Source: Eledone cirrhosa (Eukaryota). Taken from it: a stretch of 64,000 nucleotides of DNA. Below the pieces are notes generated by a model. The model saw only the letters and a list, made by a program, of their open reading frames with translations. It was not told where the DNA came from and did no database searches. Positions 37,601 to 48,399 of the stretch are shown in pieces. The position numbers were made by a program, and so were the translations under genes. The DNA lies in assembly GCA_964016885.1 (NCBI GenBank), contig OZ024744.1, forward strand, positions 106,516,001-106,580,000, in the 5' to 3' direction. Position 1 is the first letter of the stretch. Each line of letters starts with the position of its first letter.

Positions 37601-40600
37601 GTAATGAAAGGGTTAATGACATAGACAGTGTCTTTCATTAGAAATATGGTAATGAATGGGTTAATGACATAGACAGTGTCTTTCATTAGAAATATGGTAA
37701 TGAAAGGGTTAATGTCATAGACAGTGTCTTTCAATAGAAATATGGTAATGAAAGGGTTAATGATGTATACAGCGTCTTTCATTAGAAATATGGTAATGAA
37801 AGGGTTAATGACATAGACAGTGTCTTTCATTAGAAATATGATAATGAAAGGGTTAATGACATAGACAGTGTCTTTCATTAGAAATATGGTAATGAAAGGG
37901 TTAATGACATAGACAGTGTCTTTCATTAGAAATATGATAATGAAAGGGTTAATGACATGGACAGTGTCTTTCATTAGAAATATAGTAATGAAAGGGTCAA
38001 TGACATAGACAGTGTCTTTCATTAGAAATATGGTAATGAAAGGGTTAATGACATAGACAGTGTCTTTCATTAGAAATATGGTAATGAATGGGTTAATGAC
38101 ATAGACTGTCTTTCATTAGAAATATGGTAATGAAAGGGTTAATGACATAGACAGTGTCTTTCATTAGAAATATGGTAATGAAAGGGTTAATGACATAGAC
38201 AGTGTCTTTCATTAGAAATATGATAATGAATGGGTTAATGACATAGACTGTCTTTCATTAGAAATATGGTAATGAAAGGGTTAATTACATAGACAGTATC
38301 TTTCATTAGGAATATGGTAATGAAAGGGGTAATGACATAGACAGTGTCTTTCATTAGAAATATGGTAATGAAAGGGTCAATGACATAGACAGTGTCTTTC
38401 ATTAGAAATATGGTAATGAAAGGGTTAATGACATAGACAGTGTCTTTCATTAGAAATATGGTAATGAAAGGGTTAATGACATAGACAGTGTCTTTCATTA
38501 GAAATATGGTAATGAAAGGGTTAATGACATAGACAGTGTCTGTCATTAGAAATATGGTAATTAAAGGGTTAATGACATAGACAGTGTCTTTCATTAGAAA
38601 TATGGTAATGAATGGGTTAATGACAAAGACAGTGTCTTTCATTAGAAATATGGTAATGAAAGGGTTAATGACATAGACAGTGTCTTTCAATAGAAATATG
38701 GTAATGAAAGGGTTAATGATGTATACAGTGTCTTTCATTAGAAATATGGTAATGAAAGGGTTAATGACATAGACAGTGTCTTTCATTAGAAATATGGTAA
38801 TGAAAGGGTTAATGACATAGACAGTGTCTTTCATTAGAAATATGGTAATGAAAGGGTTAATGACATAGACAGTGTCTTTCATTGGAAATATGATAATGAA
38901 AGGGTCTTTCATTAGAAATATAGTAATGAAAGGGTCAATGACATAGACAGTATCTTTCATTAGAAATATGGTAATGAAAGGGTTAATGACATAGACAGTG
39001 TCTTTCATTAGAAATATGGTAATGAATGGGTTAATGACATAGACTGTCTTTCATTAGAAATATGGTAATGAAAGGGTTAATGACATAGACAGTGTCTTTC
39101 ATTAGAAATATGGTAATGAAAGGGTTAATGACATAGACAGTGTCTTTCATTAGAAATATGGTAATGAAAGGGTTAATGACATAGACAGTGTCTTTCATTA
39201 GAAATATGGTAATGAATGGGTTAATGACATAGACTGTCTTTCATTAGAAATATGGTAATGAAAGGGTTAATGACATAGACAGTATCTTTCATTAGAAATA
39301 TGGTAATGAAAGGGTTAATGACATAGACAATGTCTTTCATTAGGAATATGGTAATGAATGGGTTAATGACATAGACTGTCTTTCATTAGAAATATGATAA
39401 TGAAAGGGTTAATGACATAGACAGTGTCTTTCATTAGAAATATGGTAATGAAAGGGTTAATGACATAGACAGTGTCTTTCATTAGAAATATGGTAATGAA
39501 AGGGTTAATGACATAGACAGTGTCTTTCATTAGAAATATGGTAATGAATGGGTTAATGACATAGACTGTCTTTCATTAGAAATTTGGTAATGAAAGGGTT
39601 AATGACATAGACAGTGTCTTTCATTAGAAATATGGTAATGAAAGGGTTAATGACGTATACAGTGTCTTTCATTAGAAATATGGTAATGAAAGGGTTAATG
39701 ACATAGACAGTGTCTTTCAATAGAAATATGGTAATGAAAGGGTTAATGACATAGGTAGTGTCTTTCATTAGAAATATGGTAATGAAAGGGTTAATTACAT
39801 AGACAGTATCTTTCATTAGGAATATGGTAATGAAAGGGGTAATGACATAGACAGTGTCTTTCATTAGAAATATGATAATGAATGGGTTAATGACATAGAC
39901 TGTCTTTCATTAGAAATATGGTAATGAAAGGGTTAATTACATAGACAGTATCTTTCATTAGGAATATGGTAATGAAAGGGGTAATGACATAGACAGTGTC
40001 TTTCATTAGAAATATGGTAATGAAAGGGTCAATGACATAGACAGTGTCTTTCATTAGAAATATGGTAATGAAAGGGTTAATGACATAGACAGTGTCTTTC
40101 ATTAGAAATATGGTAATGAAAGGGTTAATGACATAGACAGTGTCTTTCATTAGAAATATGGTAATGAAAGGGTTAATGACATAGACAGTGTCTGTCATTA
40201 GAAATATGGTAATTAAAGGGTTAATGACATAGACAGTGTCTTTCATTAGAAATATGGTAATGAATGGGTTAATGACAAAGACAGTGTCTTTCATTAGAAA
40301 TATGGTAATGAAAGGGTTAATGACATAGACAGTGTCTTTCAATAGAAATATGGTAATGAAAGGGTTAATGATGTATACAGTGTCTTTCATTAGAAATATG
40401 GTAATGAAAGGGTTAATGACATAGACAGTGTCTTTCATTAGAAATATGGTAATGAAAGGGTTAATGACATAGACAGTGTCTTTCATTAGAAATATGGTAA
40501 TGAAAGGGTTAATGACATAGACAGTGTCTTTCATTGGAAATATGATAATGAAAGGGTCTTTCATTAGAAATATAGTAATGAAAGGGTCAATGACATAGAC

Positions 40601-42190
40601 AGTATCTTTCATTAGAAATATGGTAATGAAAGGGTTAATGACATAGACAGTGTCTTTCATTAGAAATATGGTAATGAATGGGTTAATGACATAGACTGTC
40701 TTTCATTAGAAATATGGTAATGAAAGGGTTAATGACATAGACAGTGTCTTTCATTAGAAATATGGTAATGAAAGGGTTAATGACATAGACAGTGTCTTTC
40801 ATTAGAAATATGGTAATGAAAGGGTTAATGACATAGACAGTGTCTTTCATTAGAAATATGGTAATGAATGGGTTAATGACATAGACTGTCTTTCATTAGA
40901 AATATGGTAATGAAAGGGTTAATGACATAGACAGTATCTTTCATTAGAAATATGGTAATGAAAGGGTTAATGACATAGACAATGTCTTTCATTAGGAATA
41001 TGGTAATGAATGGGTTAATGACATAGACTGTCTTTCATTAGAAATATGATAATGAAAGGGTTAATGACATAGACAGTGTCTTTCATTAGAAATATGGTAA
41101 TGAAAGGGTTAATGACATAGACAGTGTCTTTCATTAGAAATATGGTAATGAAAGGGTTAATGACATAGACAGTGTCTTTCATTAGAAATATGGTAATGAA
41201 TGGGTTAATGACATAGACTGTCTTTCATTAGAAATTTGGTAATGAAAGGGTTAATGACATAGACAGTGTCTTTCATTAGAAATATGGTAATGAAAGGGTT
41301 AATGACGTATACAGTGTCTTTCATTAGAAATATGGTAATGAAAGGGTTAATGACATAGACAGTGTCTTTCAATAGAAATATGGTAATGAAAGGGTTAATG
41401 ACATAGGTAGTGTCTTTCATTAGAAATATGGTAATGAAAGGGTTAATTACATAGACAGTATCTTTCATTAGGAATATGGTAATGAAAGGGGTAATGACAT
41501 AGACAGTGTCTTTCATTAGAAATATGGTAATGAAAGGGTTAATGACATAGACAGTGTCTTTCATTAGAAATATGGTAATGAAAGGGTTAATGACATAGAC
41601 AGTGTCTGCCATTAGAAATATGGTAATGAAAGGGTTAATGATATAGACTGTCTTTCATTAGAAATTTGGTAATGAATGGGTTAATGTCATAGATAGTATC
41701 TTTCATTAGGAATATGGTAATGGAAGAGGTAATGACATAGACAGTGTCTTTCATTAGAAATATGGTAATGAAAGGGTTAATGACATAGACAGTGTCTTTC
41801 ATTAGAAATATGGTAATGAAAGGGTTAATGACATAGACAGTGTCTTTCATTAGAAATATGGTAATGAAAGGGTTAATGACATACACAATGTCTTTCATTA
41901 GAAATATGGTAATGAATGGGTTAATGACATAGACTGTCTTTCATTAGAAATATGGTAATGAAAGGGTTAATGACATAGACAGTGTCTTTCATTAGAAATA
42001 TGGTAATGAAAGGGTTAATGACATAGACAGTGTCTTTCATTAGAAATATGGTAATGAAAGGGTTAATGACATAGACTGTCTTTCATTAGAAATTTGGTAA
42101 TGAATGGGTTAATGTCATAGATAGTATCTTTCATTAGGAATATGGTAATGGAAGGGGTAATGACAGTGTCTTTCATTAGAAATTTGGTAA
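31640..42190. repeat. 48-bp tandem satellite, ~220 copies (aatgaaagggttaatgacatagacagtgtctttcattagaaatatggt), with a recurrent 46-bp variant
   Basis: Read directly; it produces the 16-aa periodic pseudo-ORFs on the minus strand. Confidence 0.98.
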
Positions 42191-42380
42191 CACTGTTTGT
42201 CTTAAATCCCGCCGAGGTTGACTTTGCCTTTCATCCTTACGGGGTCGATAAAATAAAGTACCAGTAATGTACTGGGTAATTTCTGGCCTTGTGCCAATAG
42301 TAGAAACAATTAATTTAAAACATTGCAATACATGAAAATTTATGATGTAGAATTTTATTTTTGCTTGTTTTTGTTTTCAG

Positions 42381-42593
42381 TTAAAAGAATATGCGTTTAG
42401 TATTCGTAAAGCAGCAAATACACTAATTAATGCTATCTCCCCAATTAGTGGGAGTCACCTGAAAGATAAACTCAACAAATTAACAATGCTTATTCGGGGC
42501 CAAACAATTGAGGTTTCCAACAAACATATTTCTGCCAAAGACCAACCTGAAGGAATCACTTATGCTATATATTTTATAGCGAAAATGTTAGTT
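42381..42593 (+). CDS. GLE1: GLE1 exon (LKEYAFSIRKAANTLINAISPISGSHLKDKLNKLTMLIRGQTIEVSNKHISAKDQPEGITYAIYFIAKMLV)
   Basis: Absent from the ORF track. Acceptor tttgttttcag|, donor |gtaagt, 213 bp, phase 0/0. By eye it aligns with the human GLE1 segment recalled as [27 protein letters not shown]...PQGLDFVQYKLAEKFV. Confidence 0.92.
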
Positions 42594-42859
42594 GTAAGTG
42601 TCTTTTATTTTATTGTAAAGACTCCTCAGCTAATTGTCAATTTTCTCCCTTTTTTTTCATTTTAATATACAATCTTTATAAATAATGAAAATATGAAATT
42701 CCCTCTCGTCCCTTTCTTGGCTATTATAGTTACATTTGTTCTACCCTCTAGCCACCTTCACTGTTTATATCATTATACACTGATATATTTAGACTAGAAT
42801 CCTCTACGCTTTTTTTTTTCTTTAGGAGGGGAGTCTTTTCTGCTATGTTGAGGGATCTT

Positions 42860-43168
42860 CTCTAACCATTTATTGGTAGGACCTCTCTAACCCTTTATTG
42901 GGAGGTCCTCACTAACGCTTTATTGGGAGGTCCTCTCTAACCCTTTATTGGGAGGTCCTCACTAACCCTTTATTGGGAGGACCTCTCTAACCCTTTATTG
43001 GGAGGCCCTCACTAACCCTTTATTGGGAGGACCTCTCTAACCCTTTATTGGGAGGACCTCACTAACCCTTTATTGGGAGGACCTCTCTAACCCTTTATTG
43101 CGAGGTCCTCACTAACCCTTTATTGGGAGATCCTCACTAACCCTTTATTGGGAGGTCCTCTCTACCTT
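42860..43168. repeat. 25-bp minisatellite (~12 copies, ctaaccctttattgggaggtcctc[a/t]) in a GLE1 intron
   Basis: ggagg at 42901, 42926 and onward; alternating a/t variants give a 50-bp dimer. Confidence 0.95.
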
Positions 43169-43195
43169 TATTATTTATATCATTTTCATCTGCAG

Positions 43196-43386
43196 AAAAA
43201 AGGAGCAGAACAAGTGTCGTCCAGCCATGAATCTGCGTTTGCTATTGCTCTCGTTGCTGTTGGTCTGTGGCAGAACTTCCCTGATTTTGGTGAACTGCTG
43301 CTGGCTAATTTCTACCTCAACTGTCCTTACATAGTACCTTACTATATACCTCAGCAGGATGGACAGACTACAGAAGAATACCACAA
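43196..43386 (+). CDS. GLE1: GLE1 exon (KKGAEQVSSSHESAFAIALVAVGLWQNFPDFGELLLANFYLNCPYIVPYYIPQQDGQTTEEYH)
   Basis: Acceptor tgcag|, donor |gttagt, phase 0/2. Matches the GLE1 motif recalled as KQGEEEVASHHEAAFPIA...CPYSVPFYP. Confidence 0.95.
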
Positions 43387-43426
43387 GTTAGTACAGCATT
43401 TTCTTCTATAGTATCATTGCTTATCA

Positions 43427-46400
43427 ACACCACCACCACCACCACCGCCATTACCACTACCACCTTTACCATCTTGGCCACCACCACCACCGCCATTACC
43501 ACTACCACCTTTACCATCTTGGCCACCACCACCACCATTACCATCTCATCACCATCATGGCCACAACCATCATTACCATCATGGCCACCACCATTACCAT
43601 CATCACCATTACCATCATCATCACCACCACCACCATTACCATCATCACCACCACCACCATTGCCATTATCACCATTACCACTACTACCACCATGATGACC
43701 ATCATCACCAGCACCACCATCATTACCATCATGGCAACTACTACCACCACCACCACCATTACCATCATGGCCACCATTACTACCACCACCACAACCATTA
43801 GCTTCATGGCCACCACTACCACCATTACCATCATGACCACTACCACTACCGCCACCACCATTACCATCATGACCACTACCACTACCGCCACCACCACCAT
43901 TACCATCATGGCCACTACCACTACCACCACCACCATTACCATCATGGCCACTACCTCCACCACCATTACCATCATGGCCACTACCACCACCTCCACCACC
44001 ATTACCATCATGGCCACTACCACCACCTCCACCACCATTACCATCATGGCCACTACCACCACCTCCACCACCATTACCATCATGGTCACTACCACCACCT
44101 CCACCACCATTACCATCATGGCCACTACCACCACCTCCACCACCATTACCATCATGGCCACTACCACTACCACCACCCCCACCACCATTACCATCATGGC
44201 CACTACCACTACCACCACCTCCACCACCATTACCATCATGGCCACTACCACCACCACCACCACCATTACCATCATGGCCACTACCACCACCTCCACCACC
44301 ATTACCATCATGGCCACTACCACTACCACCACCACCATTACCATCATGGCCACTACCACCACCACCACCACCATTACCATCATGGCCACTACCACCACCA
44401 CCACCACCATTACCATCATGGCCACTACCACCACCTCCACCACCATTACCATCATGGCCACTACCACTACCTCCACCACCATTACCATCATGGCCACTAC
44501 CACTACCACCACCTCCACCACCATTACCATCATGGCCACTACCACCACCACCACCACCATTACCATCATGGCCACTACCACTACCTCCACCACCATTACC
44601 ATCATTACCACTACCACCACCTCCACCACCATTACCATCATTACCACTACCACCACCACCACCACCATTACCATCATGGCCACTACCACCACCACCACCA
44701 CCATTACCATCATGGCCACTACCACCACCACCACCTCCACCACCATTACCATCATGGCCACTACCACCACCACCACCACCATTACCATCATGGCCACTAC
44801 CACTACCACCACCTCCACCACCATTACCATCATGGCCACTACCACCACCTCCACCACCATTACCATCATGGCCACTACCACTACCACCACCTCCACCACC
44901 ATTACCATCATGGCCACTACCACTACCACCACCTCCACCACCATTACCATCATGGCCACTACCACTACCACCACCACCACCACCATTACCATCATGGCCA
45001 CTACCACCACCACCACCTCCACCACCATTACCATCATGACCACTACCACCACCTCCACCACCATTACCATCATGGCCACTACCACTACCACCACCACCAC
45101 CACCATTACCATCATGGCCACTACCACCACCACCACCTCCACCACCATTACCATCATGGCCACTACCACCACCACCACCACCATTACCATCATGGCCACT
45201 ACCACTACCACCACCTCCACCACCATTACCATCATGGCCACTACCACCACCACCACCACCATTACCATCATGGCCACTACCACTACCACCACCTCCACCA
45301 CCATTACCATCATGGCCACTACCACCACCTCCACCACCATTACCATCATGGCCACTACCACTACCACCACCACCACCACCATTACCATCATGGCCACTAC
45401 CACCACCACCACCTCCACCACCATTACCATCATGGCCACTACCACCACCACCACCACCATTACCATCATGGCCACTACCACTACCACCACCTCCACCACC
45501 ATTACCATCATGGCCACTACCACTACCTCCACCACCATTACCATCATGGCCACTACCACCACCTCCACCACCATTACCATCATGGCCACTACCACCACCA
45601 CCTCCACCACCATTACCATCATGGCCACTACCACCACCACCACCTCCACCACCATTACCATCATGGCCACTACCACCACCTCCACCACCATTACCATCAT
45701 GGCCACTACCACTACCTCCACCACCATTACCATCATGGCCACTACCACCACCTCCACCACCATTACCATCATGGCCACTACCACTACCACCACCTCCACC
45801 ACCATTACCATCATGGCCACTACCACTACCACCACCTCCACCACCATTACCATCATGACCACTGCCACTACCACCACCTCCACCACCATTACCATCATGG
45901 CCACTACCACCACCTCCACCACCATTACCATCATGGCCACTACCACTACCACCACCTCCACCACCATTACCATCATGACCACTGCCACTACCACCACCTC
46001 CACCACCATTACCATCATGGCCACTACCACCACCTCCACCACCATTACCATCATGGCCACTACCACTACCTCCACCACCATTACCATCATGGCCACTACC
46101 ACTACCACCACCTCCACCACCATTACCATCATGACCACTGCCACTACCACCACCTCCACCACCATTACCATCATGGCCACTACCACCACCTCCACCACCA
46201 TTACCATCATGGCCACTACCACTACCACCACCTCCACCACCATTACCATCATGGCCACTACCACCACCTCCACCATTACCATCATGACCACTACCACCAC
46301 CTCCACCATTACCATCATGACCACTACCACTACCACCACCATTACCATCATGGCCACTACCACTACCACCACCACCACCACCATTACCATCATGGCCACT

Positions 46401-47115
46401 ACCACTACCACTACCACCACCACCATTACCATCATGGCCACTACCACTACCACCACCACCACCACCATTACCATCATGGCCACTACCACTACCACCACCA
46501 CCACCATTACCATCATGGCCACTACCACTACCACCACCATTACCATCATGGCCACTACCACTACCACCACCTCCACCACCATTACCATCATGGCCACTAC
46601 CACCACCTCCACCATTACCATCATGACCACTACCACCACCTCCACCATTACCATCATGACCACTACCACTACCACCACCATTACCATCATGGCCACTACC
46701 ACTACCACCACCTCCACCACCATTACCATCATGGCCACTACCACCACCTCCACCATTACCATCATGGCCACTACCACCACCTCCACCATTACCATCATGA
46801 CCACTACCACTACCACTACCACCACCACCATTACCATCATGGCCACTACCACTACCACCACCACCACCACCATTACCATCATGGCCACTACCACTACCAC
46901 CACCTCCACCATCATGGCCACTACCACTACCACCACCTCCACCACCATTACCATCATGGCCACTACCACTACCACCACCACCATTACCATCATGGCCACT
47001 ACCACTACCACCACCACCACCACCATCACCACAACAACCACCTCCACCACCATCACCACAACAACCATCACCATTACCATTGACAACACTATCACTACCT
47101 CCACCACCACCACCC
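43427..47115. repeat. (ACC)n-derived compound minisatellite, unit accattaccatcatggccact(acc)n, ~30-42 bp
   Basis: Fills nearly the whole last GLE1 intron; unit lengths vary in multiples of 3. Confidence 0.97.
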
Positions 47116-47209
47116 TTATCATTTAAAGAACAATCTTAAATACACTCCCTTATTTTTGAAGTAACCCCCAACTAATGTTACCTATATCTTTATATTTTTC
47201 ATTTTGTAG

Positions 47210-47654
47210 ATTACTTGGGTACAAATATGAAAATGGTAAAATTGAAGAACAAGAAAGGTTTTTGAAAAGAATGACAGGTATCATGAGATTATATGCTGCA
47301 ATAATAATTTCACCGTTGCCTCTTGGGAGCGCTAAACCTCACCCTCATGGAATTGAAAACAGTTGGAGTTGGATAACAAGGATCCTGAATGTGAAACCGC
47401 GACCAGATATTACGGCCGCAATGATCTACAATGTCCTTGAAGTCACCGGTCACTCGTTGTTCTTATATTACCAGAAACCCTTCCAGAAATTGCTACATAT
47501 ATTAATAACCGAATTTCTTCCCAAAATCAAAGCTGTCAGTGCTTCTGCTGGTTCTGTGTCCAGACTTGAAACTTTTCTTGAAGCTAATATAAACAATAAA
47601 GGACAAATTTCTACACCTTATGGTTTCCTAACCAGTGCCTTCTGGCTCAGCTAA
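47210..47654 (+). CDS. GLE1: GLE1 terminal coding exon (LLGYKYENGKIEEQERFLKRMTGIMRLYAAII...HPHG...GFLTSAFWLS*)
   Basis: Acceptor ttttgtag| at 47209; phase 2 completes AA+A = Lys. Contains the GLE1 hallmarks FLKRMxGxxRLYAAI, HPHG and the C-terminal GFLTSxFWxS. Confidence 0.96.
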
Positions 47655-48030
47655 CAAGCTCTTCTGGCTCGGTTAACAAGCTCTTCTGGCTCAGCTAACG
47701 AGAACTTATGGCTCAGCTAACGAGCTCTTCTGGCTCAGCTAACTACAACTTATGGCTCAGCTAATGAGAACTACTGGCTCTGCCAACGAGAACTTCTAGC
47801 TCAGCTAATGAGATCATCTAGCTTGGCTAATGAAAACTTCTGGCTCAGCTAATAAGATCATCTAGCTTGGCTAATGAAAACTTCTGGCTCAGCTAATGAG
47901 ATCATCTAGCTTGGCTAATGAAAACTTCTGGCTCAGCTAATGAGATCATCTGGCTTGGTTAATGAGAACTTCTAGCTCAGCTAACGAGAACATCTGGCTT
48001 GGCTAATGAGATCATCTTGCTCGGCTGACG
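47640..48030 (+). repeat. 22-bp minisatellite (~18 copies, ttctggctcagctaa-based) starting in the last GLE1 codons and running into the 3' UTR
   Basis: tctggctc at 47641 and 47663; the first unit encodes F-W-L-S-stop. Confidence 0.92.
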
Positions 48031-48272
48031 AAATTTTCTCATTTTCTATGATTTCTAATTATGTCCTCAGAATTATTAGAGTATCAGATAAAATACTTCA
48101 TGGTATTTGTTCCACTTCATTAAATTTTGAGTTCAAATCCTGCCAAAGTCAATTTTGCCCTTCGTTCTTCCAGAGTTGATGAAATTAAGTACCAGTCAAT
48201 CAACCTTCCCTTTCTCTCAATATTTAATCATCATTATTATTTAAAAAACATGTTATTTTAGATATTCTTTTA

Positions 48273-48278
48273 AATAAA
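48273..48278 (+). promoter_or_regulatory. Candidate GLE1 polyadenylation signal AATAAA
   Basis: AATAAA about 620 nt after the stop codon. The context is AT-rich, so a chance match is possible. Confidence 0.3.
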
Positions 48279-48399
48279 CATTTTATCCAGTGTTCTTGTT
48301 ACAAAAACACTGGATTTATTTTTTATATAGGCAATAGATTATCTTAGGAGAGACAATGAACATTTTCCTCAAATCCCAGTTCAGATTTTGAGTGAATAA

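Noticed and set aside
31557-41898. Many MKDTVYVINPFITIFL repeat ORFs as a repeat protein
   Set aside because: They arise because the 48-bp unit is a multiple of 3 without stops. They are broken by the 46-bp variants and lie antisense within a GLE1 intron.
43538-47126. 1189-aa Thr-rich mucin-like and 1194-aa Val-rich ORFs
   Set aside because: Triplet-repeat artefact. The flanking GLE1 exons splice across it in phase with a continuous conserved protein sequence.
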